A DNA stretch of 64,000 nucleotides from Dehalococcoidia bacterium. GTDB taxonomy: Bacteria > Chloroflexota > Dehalococcoidia > Lucifugimonadales > UBA3495. Below the pieces are notes generated by a model. That model saw only the letters and a list, made by a program, of their open reading frames with translations. It did not search any database and was not told the DNA's origin. Position 1 is the stretch's first letter. Each line of letters opens with the position of its first letter. The stretch covers positions 19,374 to 83,373 of the forward strand of contig CBDCPE010000003.1 in assembly GCA_965220055.1 (NCBI GenBank), written 5' to 3'. Both the position numbers and the translations under genes were made by a program. Positions 8,541 to 17,920 of this stretch are shown here, in pieces.

Positions 8541-8617
8541 GATTCCCGCTTTCGCGAGAATGACGGACATGGTTACGGAATGACGAAAGGGGTCAGGGAA
8601 TGACGGAAATGGTCAGC
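8541..8617. repeat. REP-like hairpin followed by a 3 x 20-bp tandem repeat
   Basis: Imperfect palindrome ATTCCCGC-TTTC-GCGAGAAT, then GAATGACGGACATGGTTACG / GAATGACGAAAGGGGTCAGG / GAATGACGGAAATGGTCAGC at 8558-8617. Confidence 0.6.
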
Positions 8618-9917
8618 CACCCAGGACGGATGCCATTCCGGTAACGTTTGCGATTTCAGCGATGCCGCGGAAGCTGCCCACGGCCTCTTCGATGTGGTCC
8701 GCGGGCAGGATGTAGCGGGTGCAGTAGAGGAATTTGGCCTCGAGTTCTTCGGGATCCAAGGGCATGGACGGCGAGCCACGAGGGTGGTCGATGCGGTGGC
8801 GCAGGGTGCGGCCGTCGTTGAGGGTGACCGCGACCTCGGCCGGGTTGAGGGCCAGCGGTGACGCTGGCAGGGTGGCTTCCACCGACACCCGCTCCATCAT
8901 GGCGCGGACGCCCTCGTCCCGGACCGCCGTGTCGGAGAAGAAGTTAATCAGGGGACCACCGTGGCAAAGAGTGGCGGCGGTGATGAACCCGATGGACCTG
9001 CGGGCTTGCCACCCGTCCACCGGAAGCACGTGGGGCATGCGCTGGGTTGCTTCGGCAGTCACTCCGACGTGGACGCTGGTAATATCGGCGGGAGCAAAGC
9101 GATGCAGCTGGGCGAGACCCAGGATGGCGTCGATCACGCTATGGCCGGCGGGGTCGCAAGGGTAGAGGCGAATGGTTATACCGGGGTCTGTCAGCCGCCA
9201 GTGCTTGCCCAAATGGGCAACGCTGTCAGAGAAGGCATTGACGTTTTGTGGAGTACCGACGATTCCCTCGGCGGCGGTCAGCGCGGCCATGACGCCGTGC
9301 ATCGCGGACCGGCCTTCGGAAAGGGCAGCAGCACCGGCAGAACCGTAGTCTATTCCACCAGTGACCGCGTCCGCAGCCAGGCCAACGGCGTGTGCCATTG
9401 CTTCGACGTCCAACCCGAGCAGCATGGCCGACGCCGTTGCCGCGCCGACTGCGCCGGCCGACCCGAGCGTCGACTCGGACGCAGACAGGCGGGCAGCGAC
9501 CTCGCATCCAACGGCGAATGCGTCCAGGACGGCACGTCCGGAGAACCCGTGCATCTCTCCAATGGCCATCACCGCTGGAAACACGGCTGCCGTGCAGTGC
9601 GCACCGCTGTCGACGGTGTTGTCGTCAAAATCCAGCAGCCGCACGAGGGTGCCGTTGACCAGCGACGCATATACCGGGGACGTGCGCATCCCCATGCCGA
9701 TGATGGTGCTGCGTCCGTTGCCGCCCATCTCGCGAACCACGCGGGCCAGGGCGACACCCTCGGGATGGGCCGCGCCGGCGAGAGCGGCGCCGGCGGCGTT
9801 GAGCATCAGCTCGCGGCACGACTCGGCGACGGTCAGCGGCACGGGAATGCTGGATTGGGCGACGCCGGCGGCGAATTGGGCGATCTGGTTAATGGAGTTT
9901 GGGTCGCTGCGATTCAT
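8613..9917 (-). CDS. MmgE/PrpD family protein
   Basis: 434 aa, Ala/Gly-rich helical pattern typical of the 2-methylcitrate dehydratase-like family. Substrate not assignable. Confidence 0.8.
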   Translation of the reverse strand: MNRSDPNSINQIAQFAAGVAQSSIPVPLTVAESCRELMLNAAGAALAGAAHPEGVALARVVREMGGNGRSTIIGMGMRTSPVYASLVNGTLVRLLDFDDNTVDSGAHCTAAVFPAVMAIGEMHGFSGRAVLDAFAVGCEVAARLSASESTLGSAGAVGAATASAMLLGLDVEAMAHAVGLAADAVTGGIDYGSAGAAALSEGRSAMHGVMAALTAAEGIVGTPQNVNAFSDSVAHLGKHWRLTDPGITIRLYPCDPAGHSVIDAILGLAQLHRFAPADITSVHVGVTAEATQRMPHVLPVDGWQARRSIGFITAATLCHGGPLINFFSDTAVRDEGVRAMMERVSVEATLPASPLALNPAEVAVTLNDGRTLRHRIDHPRGSPSMPLDPEELEAKFLYCTRYILPADHIEEAVGSFRGIAEIANVTGMASVLGG

Positions 9918-9991
9918 GGTGAGGCAAGGATACCGACGGCCGGCCGATGGCGCAACGCGGGGCAGCGAGGGTCGCGGTGTATAATGCGGCC

Positions 9992-10197
9992 GTGGACAGC
10001 AGGGAGGTGATGCGACGGCTGCGGGAAGATGGCTGGTACGTTCACCACATCAACGGATCACATCACCAAACGGATCACATCACCAGATGAGACACTCAAC
10101 AAAGCGTGGAACGACGTCAGTACCGCATCCGCGGAAGGACGTCCCGATAGGAACGCTGAGAAACATTGAAAGGCAGTCAGGAGTCAGGTTACGGTAG
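9992..10197 (+). pseudogene. hicA: hicA toxin gene disrupted by a 17-bp tandem duplication
   Basis: (V)DSREVMRRLREDGWYVHHINGSHHQ, then a frameshift to a TGA at 10088-10090. Removing one 17-bp unit restores ..GSHHQMRHSTKRGTTSVPHPRKDVPIGTLRNIERQSGVRLR*. An alternative ATG at 10010 has a GGGAGG RBS. Confidence 0.75.
10052..10085 (+). repeat. Perfect 17-bp tandem duplication (AACGGATCACATCACCA x2)
   Basis: Read directly from the sequence: 10052-10068 is identical to 10069-10085. Confidence 0.9.
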
Positions 10198-10222
10198 CGA
10201 TAGCGGCAAAGGAACGGCTGAT

Positions 10223-10609
10223 ATGGAACGTACATTCGTAGCTTTGGTTCACAAAGACCCTGACAGCGACTATGGGGTCAGTTTCCCTGATCTGCCCGGT
10301 TGCATCACTGTGGGCAGCACGCTGGAGGAAGCCAGCGAGATGGCACGCGAGGCGCTGGCGCTGCACTTGGAAGGAATGGCAGTTGATGGAGAGTACATTC
10401 CCCCACCATGCTCCGCGGATGATGCTCTGGTACATGAAGACGCTTTCGACGCCATTGCACTGATTGTTGTGAAGACGCTACCGGAGCGGACGGAAGAGGA
10501 GGCGCGGGCGGCGTTTGAGGAGTTCATGTCCTCTGAGTACGGTCAGGAATTCATGCGGGAAACAGCGCCGGACCCGGAGCGGGACGAAGTTGCGCTGCCG
10601 GCAAGTTAA
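10223..10609 (+). CDS. hicB: HicB family antitoxin
   Basis: MERTFVALVHKDPDSDYGVSFPDLPGCITVGSTLEEA..EALALHLEG is a typical HicB N-domain. Lies directly downstream of the hicA remnant. Confidence 0.8.
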   Translation: MERTFVALVHKDPDSDYGVSFPDLPGCITVGSTLEEASEMAREALALHLEGMAVDGEYIPPPCSADDALVHEDAFDAIALIVVKTLPERTEEEARAAFEEFMSSEYGQEFMRETAPDPERDEVALPAS

Positions 10610-11064
10610 TACGGGGCCTGCGACTGCTGTCCTATTACGGAGGATCAGCAGTTTAGGCACATGACAAATCTTATCGAGGCTTATGATCAATACAATCGCA
10701 TCGTGAACCGGGTCCGAATCAATCAAATAATGGAGATGGCGGGACAACAGAATGCCTGTGGAAGCCGTATGGGTCACAATAGGCCAAATCTGGTAATCAC
10801 CATGGCATCCGTCGTTTGCCTTGCTGCGATGGGAAACCGCATCGGGCTGGAAACCGTGGCCGGGGGTTGAGGAAAGTATGGGCCTGGTTGGGAAGCCGGT
10901 CTCGCCGTCGCGACTTTCACCATTTTCTTTGCGATGGCGCGTTGGTATGTATCTCGCGCCGGCTGGCATTGAGCTGGATATTCACAGCCAATTCGCTGTT
11001 TCTGTTCTTTGTGACGGTGATTGAAACTGCGACCTCATTTCACCAGATTTAGGAGAGTGGGATT

Positions 11065-12315
11065 ATGATGGCGAACGCGAACGGTTCCAACTCGGTGGAA
11101 GAGCGGCAGTACGATGTGGCCATCGTGGGCGGCGGGATAATTGGGTTGTCCACGGCGATGCAGCTGCTGGAACGCTCACCGGCCCTGAGCGTGGCGGTGA
11201 TCGAGAAAGAGGAGCAGTTGGCCCAGCACCAGACGGGTCACAATAGCGGCGTCATCCACTCCGGCATCTACTATCGGCCCGGTTCGTGGAAGTCGCGCTT
11301 CTGCGTCGGCGGGAAGGACCGCCTAATTGCTTTCTGCGATGAAAACGAGATCGAGTACGATCCGTGCGGCAAGGTGATCGTGGCAACCCATGAAAGTGAA
11401 TTGGGGCGCCTGGATGACTTGTACGAGCGGGGCGTTGCCAACGGTGTGCCAGACCTCGAGATGGTGGGTCCCGAGCGGTTGAAGGAGATCGAGCCGCACA
11501 CCATCGGTGTCAGGGCGTTGTGGGCTCCGCACACCGGTATCGTCGACTATGTGCGTGTCGCAAACGCCTACGCGGGCAAGTTCCAGTCGGCCGGCGGCGA
11601 CATTTTCACCGGAGCGGCGGTGATACGGTCCCGGCAAACCGGCGCTGGCGCCGCCCTGGAGACGAAGCGGGGCGCTTTGCAGGCGCGCCACGTGATCAAC
11701 TGCGGCGGCCTGTACGCCGACAAGCTGGCGCGGATTATGGGCGAAGAAACCGACGTGCGCATCATCCCGTTCCGCGGGGAGTACTACAAGCTGGTCGAGT
11801 CCAGCGAAGACCTGGTGAAAGGGTTGATCTATCCGGTGCCCGACCCGCGGTTCCCGTTCCTGGGCGTGCATTACACGCGGAACATCCACGGCTACGTTGA
11901 GGCCGGCCCCAACGCGGTCCTGGCGTGGGCGAGGGAAGGTTATCGCAAGAGCAACATCAGCTTCGGAGAAACGGCCGGCGTAATCACCTTCCCAGGTTTT
12001 TGGAAGATGACCGCACGACACTGGAAGACGGGTATGCAGGAAATGCACCGGTCCTACCGTAAGTCGGTTTTCGTCAACGACCTGAAGAAACTGATCCCTG
12101 ACATACGCGCTGAGCACCTGGAACCGGGCGGTAGCGGCGTGCGCGCACAGGCCGTGTCCTCGTCGGGCGCGATACTCGACGACTTCCACATCCTGAGAGG
12201 CCAGCGGGCGCTGCACGTGCTGAACGCGCCGTCGCCGGGGGCGACCTCGTCCCTGGCCATCGGCGAATACCTGACGGACATGGCGGTCGAGGACTTCGGC
12301 CTAGTCGTTCGCTGA
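11065..12315 (+). CDS. lhgO: L-2-hydroxyglutarate oxidase/dehydrogenase (FAD)
   Basis: YDVAIVGGGIIGLSTA..HQTGHNSGVIHSGIYYRPGS.K is typical of the LhgO family. GGAG RBS. Confidence 0.8.
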   Translation: MMANANGSNSVEERQYDVAIVGGGIIGLSTAMQLLERSPALSVAVIEKEEQLAQHQTGHNSGVIHSGIYYRPGSWKSRFCVGGKDRLIAFCDENEIEYDPCGKVIVATHESELGRLDDLYERGVANGVPDLEMVGPERLKEIEPHTIGVRALWAPHTGIVDYVRVANAYAGKFQSAGGDIFTGAAVIRSRQTGAGAALETKRGALQARHVINCGGLYADKLARIMGEETDVRIIPFRGEYYKLVESSEDLVKGLIYPVPDPRFPFLGVHYTRNIHGYVEAGPNAVLAWAREGYRKSNISFGETAGVITFPGFWKMTARHWKTGMQEMHRSYRKSVFVNDLKKLIPDIRAEHLEPGGSGVRAQAVSSSGAILDDFHILRGQRALHVLNAPSPGATSSLAIGEYLTDMAVEDFGLVVR

Positions 12316-12536
12316 GCATCCTGACGGCTGGCTTCCAACGTGGCCCGTCGGCGCACACGGGCGCTCCCGGTGGTGTGACCGCGAACCGATCCGCCTGTTA
12401 CCCAATACGGGTTTCTGCTATACTTACGGCCTAACCGACGAACGCCATTGCACAACGAGAACCGTGCCGCCGCTGGCAGTAGCCTGCGGGGGCGATTTTT
12501 CGGTTTAGTTTCTAAATTTTCCGGGAGTACAGAACA

Positions 12537-13823
12537 ATGCCGGCTTACGCCGTAATCGGGGGACAATGGGGTGACGAGGGCAAGGGTAAAGTTATTGACT
12601 ACCTTGCGGGCCAATCCGATTGCGTAGTGCGTTTCGCTGGCGGAAACAACGCCGGACACACGGTGGTGAACGAGCGCGGGCGATTTCAGTTGCACCTGGT
12701 TCCCTCGGGCATCTGCTGGCCTGGCGTGACCGGTATCATCGGCAATGGCGTGGTTGTGAATCCCGAAGTTCTGCTGGGAGAGATCGCTGGACTGCGGGAA
12801 CAGGGTATCGACACGGACCAGTTGTTTGTGAGCGATCGGGCCCATGTCATCATGCCCTATCACATTCTGCTTGACGAGTTGCAGGAGCAGGCACGTGGCA
12901 GCGGCGCCATCGGCACCACCGGACAGGGAATCGGGCCGGCCTACGTGGACAAAGCCGCCCGCGATGGGATTCGCGTGGGGGAGCTGCTCGACACCAAGCA
13001 TCTGCCGGACCGGGTCAACACGGCCGTGGCGATGAAGAACCGTGTCATTACCGGCGTTTTCGACGGCGAGCCCGTGGACGCCGCGGCGGTGCTGTCCAAG
13101 TGCCAGGAGTGGGGTGAAAAGCTGCGGTCCCAGGTGCGCGCCACCGAGCAAATGGTGCAGGACCTGCTGGAACAAGGCAAACGGGTGCTTCTGGAAGGGG
13201 CGCAGGGAACGCTGCTGGATGTCGATCACGGTTCTTATCCGTACGTCACGTCGTCCTCACCGTCCATCGGCGGCGCGATCACCGGACTGGGCATCAATCC
13301 TCAGTCCATTAAGGGCGTGGTCGGGGTATTCAAGGCGTATTCGACGCGGGTTGGCGGCGGGCCCATGCCCACCGAGATGCACGACCAGGCGGGCGAAGAC
13401 TTGCGTGAAAAGGCTCACGAGTACGGCACCACCACTGGCCGGCCGCGGCGGGTTGGTTGGTTCGACTCTGTAGCCGCCCGTTACAGCCATCAGATCAACG
13501 GATTCACGGGCATGGTGATCACGCGCCTGGACATCCTGGATGGGATGGCAAACGTGAAAATCTGCGTGGGCTACCGGGCGGACGGCAAAGATTTGGACCG
13601 GTTCCCTGCAAACACCGCTCTGCTGGAGCGTTGCGAGCCCATTTACGAAAAAATGCCCGGGTGGATGGATCCGACGGCAAGCGCCACTCGATCGGAACAG
13701 TTGCCGGCAAATGCGCTGGCATATGTGAGGAGAATCGAGGCGCTCGTAGGCTGCGATGCTCAGATCATTTCCACCGGTCCGAGTCGCGAAGAAACCATAG
13801 CAATCGAGCAAATCATCCGCTAG
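12537..13823 (+). CDS. purA: Adenylosuccinate synthase
   Basis: GGQWGDEGKGKVIDYL..RFAGGNNAGHT..GTTGQGIGPAY..TTTGRPRRVGWFD are signature motifs. Confidence 0.95.
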   Translation: MPAYAVIGGQWGDEGKGKVIDYLAGQSDCVVRFAGGNNAGHTVVNERGRFQLHLVPSGICWPGVTGIIGNGVVVNPEVLLGEIAGLREQGIDTDQLFVSDRAHVIMPYHILLDELQEQARGSGAIGTTGQGIGPAYVDKAARDGIRVGELLDTKHLPDRVNTAVAMKNRVITGVFDGEPVDAAAVLSKCQEWGEKLRSQVRATEQMVQDLLEQGKRVLLEGAQGTLLDVDHGSYPYVTSSSPSIGGAITGLGINPQSIKGVVGVFKAYSTRVGGGPMPTEMHDQAGEDLREKAHEYGTTTGRPRRVGWFDSVAARYSHQINGFTGMVITRLDILDGMANVKICVGYRADGKDLDRFPANTALLERCEPIYEKMPGWMDPTASATRSEQLPANALAYVRRIEALVGCDAQIISTGPSREETIAIEQIIR

Positions 13824-13908
13824 CCGAATTAACATTTCCGTAATAACATATCGCTGCGGTACTGCCCCGCAAAAGGGGGCAAAATAACTGACTGCAGAGG
13901 AGATTGTT

Positions 13909-14385
13909 ATGTCCACCAATAACGCAACTCAGGCAGATACGTCGATCTTTGGGCGTTTCTTGGTGCGGTTCACAGACGAATTCTACCTGGTGTTCCGCCT
14001 GATATTTGCCTTCATAGTAGCCTTGCACGGGGCACAGAAAGCATTCCTGATGTGGGGATTTCCTGCGAACCATCCACTGGGCGCCAGGGTCGACATCGCC
14101 GGCTGGGTTGAGCTTATCTCGGCGTTGCTCATCGCCTCGGGAATTTTCACCAGGCTGGGCGCCGGAGCATTGTGCGTGACGATGGTAGTGGCGTACTTCA
14201 CGGTACACAGTGGAGGCGTTGCGCCACATATCTTCCCGAATCCTGCCGGCGACATGGGCTCCGCATTCGGCGCTCACGGCGGCGAGATCCCGATCCTGTG
14301 GTTCGCCATTGCCGGCATAATCGGCGTTCTGGGCAGCCGCAAGTACGGCTTGGAAAGGCTGATACTCAAGAAGGAAATCCTCTAG
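13909..14385 (+). CDS. DoxX family membrane protein
   Basis: 158 aa, four hydrophobic segments, DoxX-like pattern (..LHGAQK..). Confidence 0.75.
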   Translation: MSTNNATQADTSIFGRFLVRFTDEFYLVFRLIFAFIVALHGAQKAFLMWGFPANHPLGARVDIAGWVELISALLIASGIFTRLGAGALCVTMVVAYFTVHSGGVAPHIFPNPAGDMGSAFGAHGGEIPILWFAIAGIIGVLGSRKYGLERLILKKEIL

Positions 14386-14454
14386 GAAATCCGCGACACC
14401 AACCTCACACTGACCGCCCGGCGTCGCGAGAGCGACGCCGGGCAAAGAGTAACT

Positions 14455-14688
14455 ATGATGCAGCAGCAAGCAGCGCGTTTCGGTATTTACTTCAACGCTT
14501 CCCAGAACCAGGTCGTTCGTATAAATTCGCCGTACTGGTTCCCGCCGGAACCGGAATGGCAGAAATTGACCGGCGAGGTGAACGCCACACTGCTGGACCT
14601 GCGTCGGATGATCGGGGAACAGGACCTGTCCTCAGATTCGGACGGAGTAACCTGGACTACCCTCCCGCTGCTGGACGAAGACAGCTAG
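14455..14688 (+). CDS. Hypothetical protein (77 aa)
   Basis: ORF only, no motif. Confidence 0.4.
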   Translation: MMQQQAARFGIYFNASQNQVVRINSPYWFPPEPEWQKLTGEVNATLLDLRRMIGEQDLSSDSDGVTWTTLPLLDEDS

Positions 14689-14694
14689 CCGGTC

Positions 14695-15219
14695 ATGGCT
14701 TGGGAGGAGCCGGCCACGCCTACGGAGCCGGTTACCGATCCCGAAGAATACCCCCGTCCGCCAGGTTGGCGTGGGCGGATGATGGCCGCTAACCCCACGC
14801 AGGCGCGACGTTGGATGCGCTGGGCCTGGGTATGCGGCTTGATCTGGTGGGTTTGGACTATCGGAGTGCTGGTGGTGTGGATGGCGGCCCCAGTGCTGGC
14901 AGTGTCGGAAGCGGAAGGCAGCATACCGGCGATACCCCCGGCAAGACTGCTCATGTACTACGGGATAGAGGGTTTCGTGCTGGCGCTGCTGGCGCTGGGC
15001 GTGATGCGTTACTGGAGACCAGCGGCGATCCTGTTGGCGATCGGATTCGTCGTGTCCCGGATCGTGCTAATCATGCTCGGGTTAATAACGCTGGACGGTT
15101 TTCGCGATGCGATATGGCTCGCCATCTACGGAGGACTGCTTTTCGCCTTCGTGAGGGGAGTGCAGGGAGCCTTCAGCTACCATTGGTTCACTCGGCTGCC
15201 GGGACCGGGTGGACGATAG
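14695..15219 (+). CDS. Hypothetical membrane protein
   Basis: About four hydrophobic helices after a Pro/Glu-rich N-terminus. Confidence 0.55.
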   Translation: MAWEEPATPTEPVTDPEEYPRPPGWRGRMMAANPTQARRWMRWAWVCGLIWWVWTIGVLVVWMAAPVLAVSEAEGSIPAIPPARLLMYYGIEGFVLALLALGVMRYWRPAAILLAIGFVVSRIVLIMLGLITLDGFRDAIWLAIYGGLLFAFVRGVQGAFSYHWFTRLPGPGGR

Positions 15220-15294
15220 CGGGCCGACGCGAAATTAAAGAGGGCGGGTTTGTCACCCGCCCTCTTCGCTGTTGGTGGCTTTCGGGTGGTTGGT

Positions 15295-16449
15295 CTAGCT
15301 GCCAGCGAAGGCCGGCATGACGTCCTGGGCAAACCGGGAAAGCTGTTCTTTGAAGACCTCGCGGGGCATGCCCATCACCGAACCGAGGTTGATTCTCTCC
15401 ACGCCGGGGTATCGGGCCTCGTCCTCTTTCATGCTGTTGACGATGTCATCAGCAGAACCGCACAGCCAGGCTCCGCTCTCAACCGCGCCCTCCAGGGTGG
15501 GCAATTCCACACCGCGGCGCAGCCTGGGGTTTGCTACGGCTTCAATCTGTTCCTGTTCCATGCGCATGAGGCCGAGCGGAGCGGCGAATTTCATGGCTTC
15601 CTCAAAGTAGGGTTTGGCCTCCTTGATGGCCTGCTCCCGGTTTTCGCCGATGAAGAAACGGTAGCCCAGGGCGATGTCTTCACCCAGTTCCAGTTCCCGG
15701 CCGTATTTCGCGGCGGCTTGCTGGTACATCGTCAACCGCTCGTGTCGGGCTGGCTCCGGCGTGTTGGCCACCATTGCCTTGATGCCGATGCGGGCCATGA
15801 AGTCTACGCCCTGCGGGTTGCCGGAGACCAGGGGCTGCCAGATATCCACCGGCTGGCGCAGAGGCCGGGGCACCAGGCTGAGCTTCTCCAGGGTATAGCC
15901 GCGATAGGGCACCTTGGCGGGAATCTGGTAGTGCTTGCCCTCGTGAGAGAAGGCTTCCTCGTTGAATGCCTTGACCATGACCTCGATCTGCTCTTCGAAC
16001 AGCTCGCGGTTGGCGTCGCCGTCGAACATGGGGGAGCCGAAGGTCTCAACTTCGCGGGAATGGTAACCGCGGCCCACGCCGAAGATGATGCGCCCGCCCG
16101 ACAGGATGTCGGCCATGGCGAAGTCCTCCGCCAGCCGCAGCGGGTGCCACATGGGCGTGATGTTGAAGCCGCAGCCGTACTTCAGTCGCTTGGTATTGCA
16201 GGCCAGATACAACCCAAGCATGATCAGGTTGGGAATGCACTCGTAGCCTTCGGGCTGGAAGTGGTGCTCGGCCATCCAGAACTCGTCGTAACCGTTGTCC
16301 TCCAGGTGCCTGGAAATGTCCAGGGCCCAGTCGAACACTTCGGCCAGTTGTTCGTTGGAGTACAAGCGATCGTTGGCGGGAGTCCCCTCCAGGCCCAGGT
16401 TATCGTCCACCACGTGGCCGGCGTAGGATGCGCTAAAGCTTTTGAACAT
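15295..16449 (-). CDS. LLM-class flavin-dependent oxidoreductase
   Basis: ..LEDNGYDEFWMAEHHFQPEGYE..GFNITPMWHPLRLAEDFAMADILSGGR..GVGRGY is a luciferase-like pattern. Confidence 0.85.
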   Translation of the reverse strand: MFKSFSASYAGHVVDDNLGLEGTPANDRLYSNEQLAEVFDWALDISRHLEDNGYDEFWMAEHHFQPEGYECIPNLIMLGLYLACNTKRLKYGCGFNITPMWHPLRLAEDFAMADILSGGRIIFGVGRGYHSREVETFGSPMFDGDANRELFEEQIEVMVKAFNEEAFSHEGKHYQIPAKVPYRGYTLEKLSLVPRPLRQPVDIWQPLVSGNPQGVDFMARIGIKAMVANTPEPARHERLTMYQQAAAKYGRELELGEDIALGYRFFIGENREQAIKEAKPYFEEAMKFAAPLGLMRMEQEQIEAVANPRLRRGVELPTLEGAVESGAWLCGSADDIVNSMKEDEARYPGVERINLGSVMGMPREVFKEQLSRFAQDVMPAFAGS

Positions 16450-16559
16450 GATACGGTTCCCTCATTACGAATTTCTCAACGGGATGGTTCGGCCATCAAT
16501 TGTACTGCATTTCGGCGCATCGCAGAGGCCGAAGTCGGCGGTGAGCCCGCCCACTCAAT

Positions 16560-16642
16560 CTCACGCGTACCCACTCTCACCAGAACTGTTATTGCCGCGC
16601 TTAGCTCGCAATGAAGTTTGAACGCAAGTGGGTACGCGTGAG
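16560..16642. repeat. MITE/REP-like palindromic element, short copy
   Basis: Perfect 16-bp terminal inverted repeats, CTCACGCGTACCCACT (16560-16575) and AGTGGGTACGCGTGAG (16627-16642). The ends resemble the element at 50201-50337. Confidence 0.7.
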
Positions 16643-16737
16643 CATTGTGGCTTTGTTGACGCTCGCCGGCGCCCGATGCTAACCTGCGGCCCCAACGATC
16701 AGAGCACTTGAAACAACCGCCACCCGAGGGGGTTCAA

Positions 16738-17829
16738 ATGAAAGCAGCAGTTTTGCGCGAGGTTAATCAACCGGTAGTCGTCGAGGACGTGCAGGTCGAC
16801 GAGCCGGCCCCCCGAGAAGTACTGGTACGTACGGGCGCGTCGGGCGTTTGCCACAGCGACCTGCACTTCGTCGAGGGTCTGTACACCACGCCAATGCCCT
16901 GCATCCTGGGTCATGAGGCGGCCGGAATCGTGGAAGCGGTGGGTGACCAGGTTAGCTACGTGAAGCCGGGAGATTGGGTGATCTCATGTCTGTCGGTGTT
17001 CTGCGGCATCTGCGAATACTGCACCCGCGGACAACCCTACCTGTGCACCCGCACGGCGGTGACCCGTGGGTCGAACGACCCGCCCCGGCTGCGCAAGGAC
17101 GGCGAGGCCATCACGCAGTTCGCCCAGCTGGGCTCGTACGCGGCGGAGATGCTGGTTCACGAGAACGCGCTGGTCAAGGTGGACGACGACATTCCCTTCC
17201 CGCAGTTGGCGCTCATCGGGTGCGGTGCCACCACCGGCCTGGGCGCCGTGTTGAACACCGCCCGGGTGGAGCCGGGAAGCACGGTGGCCGTGGTCGGCTG
17301 CGGTGGGATCGGCATCCACTGCGTGCAGGCGGCCGCGCTGGCCGGCGCGCTGCGGATCATCGCAATCGACACCACCGAGGACAAGCTCGGCCTGGCCCGT
17401 GAGTTCGGCGCTACCGACGTCATCGACGCCACGGCCGGCAACGTGGCCGAGCGCATCATGGACCTGACCGACGGCGGCGTCGACTATTCCTTCGAGGCCA
17501 TCGGCCTGAAGCAGACCGCCGAGGACTGCTACAACATGCTCCGGCCGGGCGGTATGGCGACCATCATCGGCATGGTGCCGGAAGGCGTCAAGATCGAGTT
17601 GGACGCCGGCAACTTCCTGCGACGGGGCCGGGCGATCCAGGGTTGCACCATGGGCTCCAACCGGTTCCGCACCGACATGCCGCGATACATTGAATTTTAC
17701 AAGCAGGGCCGGCTGAAGCTGGATGAGTTGGTAACCCAGGAGCTCAAACTGTCGGAGATCAACCGGGCTTTCGCCGACATGAAGGCCCAAAGCGTACGCC
17801 GCAGCGTGATCACGGACTTCGACAACTAG
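16738..17829 (+). CDS. Zn-dependent alcohol dehydrogenase (MDR, class III-like)
   Basis: MKAAVLRE..GVCHSDLH..GHEAAG.V..C..C..C..C structural-zinc motif, and GCGGIG Rossmann motif. Confidence 0.85.
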   Translation: MKAAVLREVNQPVVVEDVQVDEPAPREVLVRTGASGVCHSDLHFVEGLYTTPMPCILGHEAAGIVEAVGDQVSYVKPGDWVISCLSVFCGICEYCTRGQPYLCTRTAVTRGSNDPPRLRKDGEAITQFAQLGSYAAEMLVHENALVKVDDDIPFPQLALIGCGATTGLGAVLNTARVEPGSTVAVVGCGGIGIHCVQAAALAGALRIIAIDTTEDKLGLAREFGATDVIDATAGNVAERIMDLTDGGVDYSFEAIGLKQTAEDCYNMLRPGGMATIIGMVPEGVKIELDAGNFLRRGRAIQGCTMGSNRFRTDMPRYIEFYKQGRLKLDELVTQELKLSEINRAFADMKAQSVRRSVITDFDN

Positions 17830-17920
17830 GCGACGCCGACAAACCTGGCGTACAACGCCGGCGCTCACAGTGGAGCGCCGGCGTCGTCGTTTCTGCTATT
17901 GTCGGCCGGTGGTATAGGGG

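Noticed and set aside
8558-8617. Short tandem repeats (8558-8617, 30445-30486, 41633-41722), checked as possible CRISPR arrays.
   Set aside because: There are only 2-3 contiguous units and no unique spacers. Two of the three lie inside coding sequence. No cas genes are present.
10478-10969. 163-aa minus-strand ORF, and the 455-bp AT-richer spacer 10610-11064 between hicB and lhgO.
   Set aside because: The ORF overlaps the 3' end of hicB and has no motif. The spacer holds only weak small ORFs (for example 10661-10870), and I could not find repeats or RNA motifs in it. It may be decayed DNA, so I left it unannotated.
14455-15219. ORFs 14455-14688 and 14695-15219 are in the same frame, separated by a single TAG and two codons. 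I considered readthrough, pyrrolysine or a pseudogene.
   Set aside because: The stop is TAG, with an ATG two codons later. There are no pyl genes or other supporting signals, so two adjacent genes is the simpler reading.
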